Shown: in pieces, positions 26,287-40,048 of the stretch
Numbering within the stretch: the stretch's first letter is position 1
Layout: each line of letters begins with the position of its first letter
From: Lama guanicoe
Taxonomy: Eukaryota
Assembly: GCA_013239625.1 (NCBI GenBank)
Contig: MU054033.1
Location: 310,001-374,000 of the forward strand
Direction of reading: 5' to 3'
DNA length: 64,000 bases
Program-made: the position numbers and the translations under genes
The notes under the pieces: generated by a model
Seen by the model: only the letters and a program-made list of their open reading frames with translations
What the model was told of the DNA's origin: nothing
Database searches by the model: none

Positions 26287-28079
26287 GTAAGTATCTGCTT
26301 TCCTCAAACCATTTTCTCATCTCTGTGGGCTTCCGTTATGTAAGAATCCAGGCTTTAACCCGGCAAACACATGTGTTTGGTGAATTTGCTGGAAGTTGGC
26401 TGGACTTCACACAAGGATGGCAATGTGCTTGCTTTTGGCTGGGAAACTGTTAGGAACCAATGTCGTAAAAACAAACATTGCTTTAGTTCCTTTCAGCGAT
26501 CGCGACCTTACAGGCAGCTGGAGGCCGTGAAAGCGCACAGATCGGGGACCCGCCAGGACGCTGGTGACCCAAGCACATTTGGAAACGGGGAGCAGCACCA
26601 CCCGTAACCACACTGCCAGCTGTGGTCTATGAGATGTGTGCCCATCAGGCCTCGGGGCCCCCTCCACCGTAGGCGGGGTCTCAGACCCACTTCAGAGACG
26701 TGGAGACTGAGGCTCAGAGCCTGGTTCCTGGGTCTTCACTGAGCCATGGCTGTGTTCTGGCTGTGAACTCGGGCCTCTCATTGCTGTTTCTGGTGCCAGG
26801 TCTTTTCTCCTCTGGACCTCACCCGTCACGTCACCATGTGCAGGAGAATCACTCTTCCCAGTCCCTGAGCTTAGCAGCGGCTCTTGGATTCTTCGTTCCC
26901 TGCGCAAGCACATCGGAGAGCCGCGGCTTCACCCCCGAGGGTTCTGAGCAGTTGCCCAGACGCTGTGTCTGTTAGCCAAGTGCTTATTCATGTCCCCCTG
27001 CCGCCTTGCAAACACTGGCCATTGGGGTGAGGGGCGGCCAGGGACCCCTCTTAGCTCATTACAGCAGGTGCCACTCGCGGAAGACAGATTTTTTTTTTAG
27101 AACATTCTGGGCTGAGCAGTATGCCAAAGCATTTCTCCTTAATAATCATTCATAGAGCGAGGAAAGAAAATTTTGCATCATGGGCACATCTAGGAAGCCT
27201 TGGAAAAGATATGTTATTTCGAAAGTTGAATTCTTATTCAATTTCCCTTTATATTTATATCTTACGTAGTCTATTTATATAAATGTTATATACTATGAAC
27301 ATATGTTTAAAACATGCACGTAATTTATATGTAATTATAATGCAATTTGTTGAATAAATGTGAAATATATTTACGGACTTAAATTTTATATAAAAATTTT
27401 AAAATATTTTTACATTTATTTTCTTCTCATTTTAAATTACGGATCAAATCAACGCAATCCTGTGAATAACTCGGGCAGTCCCGGGAAAGTGAAGACTCAC
27501 CCGCCTGCGCCCCTGGGATGCCTCCCTCATCTCATCTCGTGGCCGTGCCGGGCCAGGGCTGTTCTCTACACTTGTGCACCCAGAGAGACACAGCGCCTCA
27601 CCTTTATTCGCTTTTTTACATAAATTCTATTGTGCTTGACATGTTTAACTAACAGATTGCCGGGTATTTTCAGTTTCCCTGATGGGTGTTCTCAGTCTCC
27701 CTGTCTGGTGGAATTTCTGTTGTTTCCCACGTCCACCCTGTTTGTGTCCCGAGACCGGTGAGCAGCTTCCCCAGGGGAGATTCTGAAGCATAGAACACAG
27801 GGATACAGGATGCGCCCCTGTCAGGGGTGTGCGCGCCGGTCACTTCCCTGCCACGGCATGAGGACCTGTTTCTCCTTATCTTCCAAGATGAGCTCCAGAT
27901 CTGGTCATTTCTGCTGCTCTGAAGGCGGAAAACTGTTACCATCGGCGTTGCTCTTCCTTCCCTGTCACCAGAAGGGTTTGCCCCGTGATGGGTGCTTCTT
28001 GACTGATGGTTCCTCTTTGTCAGCTGAGATTTTATTGTCTTTGCTCATGACTCTTACATTGTTTGTTTCTTTTACAAAA

Positions 28080-28135
28080 ATTATTTTATTTTACTGAAGT
28101 ATGGTCAGTTTACAGTGTTGTGTCAATTTCTGTTT
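28080..28135 (-). mobile_element. Very short L1 3' terminus
   Basis: ttttactgaagtatggtcagtttacagtgttgtgtcaatttctg matches the terminal sequence of the other copies. Confidence 0.7.
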
Positions 28136-28409
28136 CTTAATGACTTTTTAATGATTATATCTTATTTCTTGATCATGTAGAAATTAAAATTTTTCTGTCA
28201 TTTGTCAGTAATTACCAGTAATGATACAGGTTTTCATATTGTATCTTGTTAAAGGGCACACTGATCCCCTTGAAAAATTCTGATGGTGTTTTGACTAAGA
28301 AGTACAATGAATTTTTCGATAAATTTGGTGAAAATTGATACCTAAATCGAATTGTCCTATCAAGGACCACTTTCCTTGTGTTTTAAGGTATTCTTTTTTC
28401 CCCCCTAAC

Positions 28410-29940
28410 ATTTTATTATGAAAATTTCAAACACGTGGAAGAGCAGAAAGAATTTTAGAGTGGATGTCCCGTCCGCATCCCTGCCCACGAGACTCTTCCT
28501 TTACGTTGTACTTCGCTCCTCTGTCTTTCCATCCATCTCCATTCATCAGCCCATCTTATTTTTCTGATTCATTTCACAGTAAGTTGCAGGCGTTGGCACG
28601 CTAACCCTGACATAGTCTGCGTATCATTATGAGACATGACGTCGTCTGGAAATATTATGGACATCATTAACAAGAGTTCAGTGTCTGTGTGCTTCACTAT
28701 TCTTCTTTCTGTTAAAACTTATGTACAATGAAATGCACAGATCTTAAGTATTCCACTAATGAAGTCCAGCAAACGCAAAAACGTCTGGCATCTAAATGCT
28801 TTTCTAGGGACAGAACACTCCTCTCACTCTGGAAACTTCCATCAGGCTTCCTGGGCACTTCCCCTCCTCCCCAGGCAACCACCGTTCTGATTTTTTCCTG
28901 CCACAGGTTAGTGTTCCGTAGTGTTTTAGAACTCCATAGGTATGGAGTCCTAGAGCATCTGGCCATTTATGCCTGGCCTCCTTCGCTTGACGTGATGCTC
29001 TCCAGAGGCATCCGTGCTGTCCGCGCATCTTGCCCAGTAGGGTTCCACTGTGTGACCGGATCGGTTGCTGTATCTGCTTTCCCGCTGATGGGGTACCGAA
29101 GCAGATGGCGTCTTTTGACAGTTATGAACCAGCTGCTCTGGAGAGTCTCATTCAAGTCTTTCGTGGACATACATTTTTGTTTCTGTTAAGTAAATACCTA
29201 GAGACAAAGTGCTAGCTTATCAGCTGTGTGTGTGCTGACCTTGTCCTAAGGGGGTTGTACCACCTTTTACTCCCGCTGGCAGACAGGAGCGTGCTGGGTG
29301 CTGTGTTGTTCATCGACATTTGTTCTGGTTGGTCTTTCTGGGTTGCACTGTGCTGGTGGGTGCGTAGTGGTTCTTGAAGAAGCAATTTTTATCAGTCGTC
29401 TTAAATTTTCACACAAATACGTTTTAAGACAATGAAGTCACCTCTGGATACAATTTTGGCTGCATCTTTTCCCCCTCCAGGCACATAAGCTTTTATTGTT
29501 TGTTATTTTCTGATTTTTGTTGCATTGTTGTCAGTGAATTTGGGATGTGTTTTACATTTGGTAATTGGTTGAAATTTTCTTTGTGGCCAATTAGATATGG
29601 TACATTTGGGGGAATATTTCCTGTTGTTACAAAAAATAAGTGCTCTGATGGTGGCCTTTATACAACATCTCAATTTAAATGTTAAATCACGTATGTTAAT
29701 TGTGTCATTAAAAGTGTCTGTGTTTTTTGTTCACATTGGTTACAGATATCTGAAAATATGTAAAAGTCATCCATTCTCTTTCTGGATTGGCCAATTTCTA
29801 TCAGTTTTCTATTTTTAAATTTTTATGCATGTTCTTAAATACCTACAACTTTGAAGCTGTGTCGTTTTTGTTTTGTTTTTAAGACTCCTTTAATGCTTTT
29901 CGTCTTGAATTTGATTTTGCCTAGTGATAATATTGCTCCA
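28410..29940 (-). mobile_element. Cluster of old L1M fragments
   Basis: ttttattatgaaaatttcaaacac, atgaaatgcacagatcttaagt, gtggacatacattttt..taaatacctag. AT-rich. Confidence 0.6.
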
Positions 29941-29949
29941 CCTACTTTC

Positions 29950-30197
29950 TTTTTTTAAAATTTTATTTTATTGAGTTATAGTCAGTTTGTAATGCTGTGT
30001 CAATTCCCAGTGTAGAGCACAGTTTTTCAGTTATACATGAACATACATGCATTCATTGTCGCATTTTTTTTCTCTGTGAGCTACCACAAGATCTTGAATA
30101 TATTTCCCTGTGCTACACAGTACGATCTTGTTTCTCTATTCTATATATACCTGTCAGTATCTGCAGATTGCGGACTCCCAGCCTGTCCCTTCCCACA
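29950..30197 (-). mobile_element. L1 3' UTR fragment
   Basis: ttattgagttatagtcagtttgtaatgctgtgtcaatt...ttccctgtgctacacag, same family as above. Confidence 0.85.
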
Positions 30198-30801
30198 TTT
30201 GCTGGGAGCCTCTTTTGCTATTCCTGTCCCACGTTCCCAACCATTTTGTGTTCTGGTTTATGTAGGTCTCATGTAAATAGCACCTGAGTCCACTTTTTGG
30301 AGGTGGCTGAGGATTGTTTCCTAATCTAGAAGTCCAGGTTGATCCACGCAGGCTAAATTCATTTTAATAAATAAACAAAATTCCATTCTGCGCGCCAGTC
30401 TCACTTTAATCATCCACATGTCTACTCAGTGAAGGTTAGTTGTATTCACTGATGCAGACCATCTTATGTGAGCACCTGTCCAAGTCTCCTGGTCCCTGTG
30501 GGCAGGAGTCCTCCAGCAGTAGACATCTGGGAGTGAAACTGCAGGTGTGTACCTCCCACCTCTCCCAGGTGTGGCCAGATTGCCCTTCAAAGTGACAAAG
30601 GACTTCACATCCCACCAGCAAAGCACAAGTTCTTATTTCTCCATATTTTCCAGCTCGTGGTATTACTCAGAATTCAAAGTTTGGCCAACGCCTTGGGTGT
30701 TAATAGTAATTTATACTAATTTTACATTAGATTTCACCAGTAAATAATGCAGTTGGACATAATCCATGTTGGTTAATAACCGCTGGATTGCTCGTTCATA
30801 T

Positions 30802-31340
30802 GTAGGCTGTATTTATTTGTAGGTTTACTACTTGCATATTTTCTTACTTGCTAAAACTTCTTTGTAGCTCCAAAATCAGTACTCAGGATGCTTTCTTGGT
30901 CACTGCTGGATGCATGCAGAGCAGTGAATGTTTTTGAGTTGCCCAGTGCACACGTTCCCAGCTGAGGTCTGCCGTCTTGTTCCAGCTCTCCTGCTGTGCA
31001 TGAGTCCTTTTCTTGGTCTGCTTACACTTTGTGCTCTTTGTTGGTGACGTTGCTGTTTAGAATGGTCCCATGCACAGTGCTGAAGCGCTGTCTTGTGTTC
31101 CTAAGCACCGGAAGGCTGGATGTGCCTTACAGGAGACATTCATTAGCTAAGCGTCATTCAGGCATGAGTTACTGTGCTGCCGGCCATGAGCTCATTACTA
31201 GTGAGTCATCAACCCACGTGAAGTAAGACGTCTTTAGACAGAAACACACATGAGACAAGGTTAAGTATTGATTGGTTGATGAAAATGTGATGACTGCAGA
31301 CTTGCAGAAAACTCTCTCTACAGCTCATTATTCACTGAGC
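30802..31340. mobile_element. Second MER82-like element, same orientation
   Basis: Shares cacgttcccagctgag, gtgctgaagcgctgtc, tcaggcatgagttac and cagaaacacaca with the 24.5 kb copy. Confidence 0.85.
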
Positions 31341-31724
31341 CACTGTACTTTGTGCATTTTTCATTAGGATACTCATCTTTTTCTGATTGAGTTTCAAGAG
31401 TTTTAAAATATATTCTGGATGTAATTTTTACATACTTTTTACGCCATCTTGAATTTATTTTCATGCTGGCATAAGCTAGGGTTCTCCTGTGATATTTTTC
31501 TGTATCAATGGCCTAGTGCCCTGGCACCATCTAATGAGTAGCCCCATCTGTCATCATTCAATTTAATGTCACTTCTGTCATCTATGAAATTTCCATACAT
31601 GTGGATCTGCTTCTAAGCTCTCTATTTTGTTCTAGTAGCTTCTGTACCCAGAATAAATACCATAATATTCTAACAGTAAGCTTTATAGTATATCTTGCTA
31701 TATATGTAGAGAAATACTTTGTTA

Positions 31725-32097
31725 TTGCTGTGTATTAATTGTGTCTCCCTCCTTCCCAAATTCAGATTTTGAAGCCTTAACTCTCCTCCACCTGACTGTG
31801 TTAGAGATAGGGCCTTTAAGGAGGTAATTAAGGTTAAATGAGGTCATAAGGGTGGGGCCCTGATCTGATAGGCCTGGTGTCCTTGTAAGAGGAGGAAGAG
31901 ACAGTAGAAGTCTCTGTGTCTTCTGTCTGGCACGTGGGGACACAGCGAGAAGGTGGCCATCTGAAAGCTAGGAACTAAATGGGTTGGCACTTTGATGTTG
32001 AACTTCTCAGTCTTCAGAACTGTGAGAAGTCAATGTCTGTTGGTTAAGCCCCCCTAGTTTGTGGTGTTTGTTAGAGCAGCTTGAGTTGGCTGATATA
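31725..32097 (+). mobile_element. MLT1A-like LTR
   Basis: gagatagggcctttaaggaggtaattaaggttaaatgaggtcataagggtggggccctgatctgatagg..gtccttgtaagaggag. Confidence 0.85.
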
Positions 32098-32346
32098 GCT
32101 ACTCTATTGCTATGCCATTTTTTTCCAAGTTATCTTGACTTTTCTCTTTTCCTCTCCCATATGAATTTTGTCAGTTTATATTTTTGTTGGAATTGCATAG
32201 AAGTTTGATTTTTTACAGTTATAAAGGTGATCATGTAGCTTTTCTTTTCTTTCAACATATTAATATTATTTTGTATAATAGAGTTCCTAACATTGAGTAA
32301 CTTTATAGTTCTAGACTGATATCTGCTCAGTCGGGGTGAGATAGAC

Positions 32347-33051
32347 TTTTTTTTTTTTTTGTCAAAGTTACCTTTATTTATTTATTTATTTATTTTTATT
32401 GAGTTGTAATTAGTTTACAATGTTGTGTCAATTTCTGGTGTGCAGCACGATACTTCATTCATAAATATGCATATATTCATTTTCATATTCTTTTTCACCA
32501 TGAGCTACTACAAGATATTGAATATATTTCCCCGTGTTTATCTATTTTATATATACCAGTCAGTATCTGTAAATTTCAAACTCTCAGTTTATCCCTTCTT
32601 ACCCACCTCCCCCTGGCAACCACAAGTCTATATTCTATGTCTGTGAGTCTGTTTTTGTTTTATATATTAGTTCATTTGTCTTTTTTTTTTTAGATTCCAC
32701 GTATGATATTCCCCACCCATATACTCATGGCATATGGTATTTTTCTTTCTCTTTCTGGATTATTTCGTGTGGAATGACATTCTCCAGGGACATCTATGTT
32801 GCTGCGAATGGCATTATGTTGTCATTTTTTATAGCTGAGTAGTATTCCATTGTCTAAATATGCCACAACTTCTTTACCCAGTCATCTGTCAGTGGACATT
32901 TAGGCTGTTTCCGTGTCTTGGCTATTGTAGATAGTGCTGCTATGAACATTGGGGTGCAGGTGTCTCTTTGAGTTAGGGTTCCTTCTGGATATATGTCTAA
33001 AAGTGGGATTGCTGGGTCATAGGGTAAGTCTGTTTTTAGTCTTTTGAGGAA
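32347..33051 (-). mobile_element. 5'-truncated L1 3' end
   Basis: T-rich tail, L1 3' UTR and ORF2 end. TSD tgagatagacttt (32337) / tgagatattcttt (33052). Confidence 0.92.
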
Positions 33052-34730
33052 TGAGATATTCTTTTAATATGCTGCTGAATTGATCTACTGACTCTGTGTT
33101 GGCAGCTGATCGTCTTTGTTTGGTTACTTTGTAGTCTAAGGCACCAGACCCTTGACAGTTGTCTTTCTGCGGCCATAATTTTTCCTCCACATTGACGGTG
33201 ACTGTGTTTCAATTGACTAACCTCCACCTCCTTTACGATATCTTTGGAAGTTAACCAAAACAAAGAAAGGGAAAATCGGGCTTAGGGTTAACACAGAATC
33301 ATCCACAGGTCGGCCCTGGAATATCACCAGCTTATCCAGTGCTGTGTCTCCTCTCTTGGGCTGTTTCCTGAGAAAGTGCAGAGCAGTTACAGCTCTTTCA
33401 TTGTTGGTCTAGTGGCGTCTCCTGTACCTGCAGATGGAGAATTGAAACAGTGAATAATGCCACATCCCCGGTTGATCCCCGTGTCCGGCATGTTAGTGCC
33501 GGACATGCTGCTGATGGGTTTGAACCCTGAACGGGGTTGGCTGGCTGACTCACCCACTCCGGGCTCATGCTCCATCCCCTGCCCGCTGCCCCAATGTGTC
33601 CATACACCTGGCCCCCGGCAGTGTGGTGGTCATCACTGTGTGTGTGTTGAGGGAGGCGGGGGTGGCGATCCTCAGAAGTTCAGGGATTTATTACCATTTA
33701 AACATTGTTTTCCCTTCTATCCATTTGAAGGGAGGGGCGAGGAGGGTGTGTATATGCTGAACAAAAGCTTTAAGAACAGGCTGTTTCTCCACAGAGAGAA
33801 GTTCAAAGACAGGGTTATTATAGCTTACCCAGGTGGCAGTTTTGGTAATGCGAGGGGATTAACAGGAGGCTTGTGTCTCAGACTTCAGGTATGGGTTTCA
33901 TTTATATCTGCTTTTTTAAAAAGTGGTTTATTTTCACGATGATGGATGCATACCTCCCCTGGTGGGGCGGCCACTGGGGACGTGGGTCCACAGGGCAGAG
34001 GGATGCTCCCTGAAGCCTGCGCATGGGGGCTTCCGTGTCTCCTGTGTTGGCTCGGGCCACCCCGGTGGCCCACAAGTGCGTACACGCACCGTGTGCTTCA
34101 GCAAAAACGTCTGCTTAAAGGAAAGTGTGATTTTTTTTGGACAGTTAAAAGTGATGTTAATTATTGGCCTCTGGGAAATCACCTGCCTTGAGGCCATGTC
34201 CTGAGCCTCTCTTATTTCTGGCTTCACAAGCTGCAGATAATTCCAAGGCTTCAGCCATTCCCCACCCATATACTCATGACCCTGCATTCTCTGCTTCTAA
34301 GTCTGCCTTATCTCCCCATCCCCAGGCCCCTGCGTTTCAGCCCGTCTCTGGGCGGATGACTCACGGGCACCTCACATGGTGCGTGTCTCAACGGAACTCA
34401 GCCTCCTTCTGCCTCAAACCCCTTCCATTGCTGCTGGAGGGGGTGGGGGGGTCATCCTAAGACTGGTGCAAACTTTATTCTAATTACAGGGAAATAGCAC
34501 TATTTAAAAAGACAAAACAAAACTGAAACTGCCAACTGGGAAGCCAGTAATTAAAAATGACTTCAGGAGAGATCAGGCTGCCTTCCCAGCAAGCTGGTAA
34601 AAGGCGACTCACTCGGACAGAAGGCCAGCAGTTAGCATCTGATGTTAAATGCACTACGGCAGCAGCCTGATCAGGCTGAGGAGGAAGCAGGAGAAATACG
34701 CAGTAACACATTCCATGCGCCCTCTACGGC

Positions 34731-34778
34731 TTTTTTTTTTAACATTTTTTATTGATTTATGATCATTTTACAATGTTG
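34731..34778 (-). mobile_element. About 48-bp L1 3' terminus with TSD
   Basis: T10 + attgatttatgatcattttacaatgttg, flanked by gccctctacggc (34719-34730) and gcccactacgtc (34779-34790). Confidence 0.8.
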
Positions 34779-35229
34779 GCCCACTACGTCTTTTTGTTCT
34801 AATTTGAGCCCATGTGTTGGCTCTTACGCCCCAACGTGCATGGATGAGAGCTTTCCACACCCCGACCTCCAGATTTACCCAAGGTCACCAGTCTTCCGGG
34901 GTTGATGTGAGAGGAACTGCCCCCCCGAACATGGTAGACGAGGCAGCGTTTACTTGCTAGTGAACTGTTAACGCTGGAGACCCTGTGTCTCTGCCCCTGG
35001 GCAGCTCGTGTGATCCCAGCCTTACAAGTGGCCGTTGCAAAAGCCAGCGTTTCTGAAAGGTTCTGCTGCCTTGAGTTTTTATGCCATGAGCTTTGCTGCT
35101 GGGTGTGTTCAGATGGACCAAGTGCCCATTTTTGCCACATCTCAGAGAACATCAATATAATTGGATGCCAGGAGTGTTTCGTCTCAGAAGCAGAGAGAAA
35201 GAAAGTATGATGTCTGATTTTCAAGGAAA

Positions 35230-36070
35230 TCGTTCATTCATTTATTAATTTAACACACAGATCTTGAGGGCCCATTATGTGTCCGGCTCTGTTCAAGGTG
35301 TCAGGGCTTTAACAATGAATGAAACAGACAAACACCCCAAAATTCCTGCCACGTGCTGCTTGCGTTCTCCTGGGAGACGCTTATGTCTGGCTTCTTTCAC
35401 AAAATATAATATCTGAAAGACGATGCCTGTGGTTTCGCCCTTTTAATTGATAACAAATATTCTGTTGTGTGAAGATACTTCAGTGTGTTCATTCACCTTT
35501 CGGTGGGCATTTGGGCTTCCTCTTTGGGGCAGTTATAAAGAAGCTGCTGTGGACATTTGTGCTCAGCTATTTGGGGGAATGTGTTTTCATTCTTCTAGGG
35601 TAAATCTTAGGTGTGAGATTGCCCGGTCAGATGGTACATGGATGTATCAACTGTAAGAAATTGCCAAACTCATTCCCAGAGTGGTCTTTCCGTCGCACAC
35701 TGCCCCCAGCACCGTGGGAGAGTTCCAGCTGCTCCACGTCCAACATCTGATGTCGTCAGTCACTTAATTGTAGCCATTCTCCATCATTGTGTCATGATGA
35801 TTCCTGATGCTTTAATTACGTTTCCTCAATCACTAAAAACAGGACCATCTTCTAAGGACACATTTTTTGTGACGTATCGGGCCTTTTGTTCAATTTTTAC
35901 TGTGTTGTTTGTTTTCCTGTTGAGTTATGGGAGCTCTTTGTATATTGTGTGTATAATTCCTTTGCCAGAGAGATGCAAAATGTTTTGTTCCATCCTGTGG
36001 CTTGCCTTTTTTTATTTTCTTAGTGCTGTCTTTGGATGAACAGGAATATTGAATTTTGGTAAGTCTTGTT
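35230..36070. mobile_element. L2 3' end followed by old L1M fragment
   Basis: ttcattcatttatt...tatgtgtccggctctgttc..aatgaatgaaacagacaaa, then aagaaattgccaaact..ttcccagagtggt. Confidence 0.65.
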
Positions 36071-37101
36071 AGATTACCGGCAGGTCACCTGAAGCTTACG
36101 GCATTTAGTATCAGTTTTTGTTGAAGATGTTTCTTCCTCTGCATCACTCAGGCAGGAAGCCTGTTTATTACAGGCATGCTAAGAACCAGCAACTGTGAAA
36201 CTGGTTTAACCGCTTTTAACAAAAAACTGGGGGAAAAGTTACCTTCTCACACTTCACGTGAATTTTGACCCTGATTACTTTTCAACCTCAAAGGAGCCAA
36301 CTTTCCTTTAAAGCTTATTCGTTATATATATGTATATATCAAGGACTTTATCTAAGCTTTTGTTCAAACTGTAGCACGTACCGTTGAGGGAAGGTGCTGA
36401 GCAGACCCGCATCCTCTCAGCCGTTTGTGGAGAAGCCCTTTCCATCACAGCGCCATGGCTCCTTCTACAGTTTCCTCTCAATCTCCCTCTCCTTTCCTGT
36501 TGCTTTTATTTAACCCACTACTGTGGTTACTTCTCCCTCCCGCTTTCCTCGACCGTGAACTTGTGGGTGTGCATGTTCCTCCTTCCTCTGGGTAACTAAT
36601 GCCGGGCAGCCCCGGGAAGGGAGGAGCTTTCCAGAACTGAGTTTCTGTAACATTGACCTTCTGCGACTCGGTGAGCGTGTTTTAAGGGGTTTTATAGCAG
36701 GTGGCTTCTGTCTCGGCAGTCTCCTTTGGTCTCTGAATGACCAGCTTCGCAGACTTTCTCCAGCTCTGTCGTTCTTCAGAGGTCCCAGACGAATCCAGGT
36801 GAAGGTGAAGCATAATTTCGTTTGAAACGGAGAAGTAATTACTCCACTTGTTTTCTTAAAATTCAGAAGCCTGAAGGATGCCATTGTCCGGCCACTTCTG
36901 TTTGCATTTCTGGACATTCTCTAAAATTCAGATGGGAAGCCCGCTGAGACGAGAAAGCTGCGGACGAGACGTGATGGCCTTAAGCCCCTTCTCAGCGTGT
37001 CTTCCCTGCACCCTTGTTGATTCCCCCATCCTGAGGGCACCTGGCTGGTGGCCAGGGAGAAACCCACAGGGAGGGACCAGGCTTTCCATCCCTTGACTCT
37101 T

Positions 37102-37617
37102 TCATTTTTATATTATTTTATTGAAGTATAGTCAGTTTACCATATTGTGTCAATCTCTGGTGTACAGCATCGTGTTTCAGTCATACACATACACACATAC
37201 ATTCCTTTTCATATTCTTTTTATTATAAGTGACTACAAGATACTGAATATAGTTCCCTGTGCTACGCAGTAGAAACTTGCTGTTCATCTATTTTTATATA
37301 TAGTAGTTACCATCTGCAAATCTTGAACTCCCAATTTATCCCTTCCCACCCTGTTACCCCCCTGGTAACCATAAGTTGTTCTCTATGTCTGTGAGTCTGT
37401 TTCTGATCTGTAAATAAGTTCACTTGTGTCTTTTTTTTAAGATTCCATATATGAGTGATCTCATATGGTATTTTTCTTTATCTTTCTGACTTACTTCACT
37501 TAGAACGATAATGTCCAGGTCCATTTATGTTCCTGCAAATGGCATTATTTTATTCTCTTTTAGGGCTGAGTAGTATTCCATTGTGTATATGTAGCACAAC
37601 TTCTTTATCCAGTATCT
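37102..37617 (-). mobile_element. 5'-truncated L1 3' end
   Basis: Same family. TSD cttgactctt (37092) / ctcgactctt (37618). Confidence 0.92.
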
Positions 37618-39014
37618 CTCGACTCTTGAAGCAGAGAAGAGAAATTGCCCACCCTTGTGGGATCACCCAAGGGACTTACTGAATCAAATCTCCTACCCTA
37701 GGCATGGCTGATGTTAATAGGAACACACACATCTTACCACTTTCCTAGCATAGCAGGGGAGCCCCCTCAACCCAGCCTGCAGGTGGTGGCATGGGGCTCA
37801 CACACCGGGACAGAGTTGACTTGCACTTGTGTTTGTGTATTTGGCAAGTGTACACATTGGTTTTAGTGAGAGTGAGAGAGGGCTGAGTTGGCTGTCTTGT
37901 TAGCACCTGTGCTTGCATATTTAAACTATATTTAAGGAATCCTTGACCCAAAGAAATGATGGGGCTGGGGAGCTTGAGAGAAAGGGCATCCGGCTCTCGT
38001 TGACACCAGCATCTCTCCTATTTAGATTATTTATGGCTCCAGGTTCTTTTCTTTGAGAAAGAAGCTTTCTTCAGGGTCTGAGAAGGCAGCAGAGGAGGGA
38101 GGGAGCCGGGGGCGGCTCGTGTCCCGCCAGCCCCTTTGTCTCCACTGTTACCCAGCGTCCAGCTTTTACACTGACACAGGGATCCGTAAGGCCCTTTGGT
38201 CGGATTGGACGCAGCCCAGCTTTCGTTCGGGGATGGTCTAGATCAGCGTAGGGTGGATGGCAAGCGTTAGGCTTATGGCAGGTTGCAGATTGGTTAGAAA
38301 ACAAGCAACTTAATTACAGGCCCCAGGCACTTGCTGAAGTTTGTCCTGGGGGCGCCAGGCCCCCTCTCCTGTGAGCCCCAGCTGACAGCAGCCCTGATAT
38401 ATGCGCCACGGCCCGCTTTCACTGTCTCTTTGGAGCATCCTTTGAAAAGCATCGGGGTGCTTAGGTTGACTGATCTCATCGGCTGAAGGCAGGACCAACA
38501 GGTTTTACTGAAAATAATCAAGCAGGCTGTCCCCTGCCGGCGGGGAAGGTCCGACTGCGGGGCGGAGGCGGGGCTGCGCCTTTGTGCGTCTCCCTCTCCG
38601 TGCCCCGTACTTCTGCACGTGGTCTGTGCTCCGTGGCAGTGACGAGGCCACACCTCTGTTGTGTAATAGACGCAGCTCCCTGTCCAAGCTCTTTGAGGGC
38701 CTGCCCGACTTTTCGGCACCCCCTCCACTGCTTTTCTCCGTTTCAAAGAATTCTCTCCCACCGTTTTAACGGTAAAATACGGTTTCTGGGTGATCATCAT
38801 TTTCTTAGAAGGCCTGCTTGCAAACAACAGAAGTGAATGGTGGTATAATAAGTCTAAGAGGAACGTGTTGGTCATTGGTGTTCTGTGTGTCTTTGAACGT
38901 ACGCACGAGCACGTAGCCACCGGTGTGTGCACATCACCTTTATATTCCATTTTTCATGCTCAATTCACCCTTCCTTGCTTCCATCCTCCCTCTCCTCTTA
39001 AAGACGCCAGAATT

Positions 39015-40048
<1,034 letters not shown>

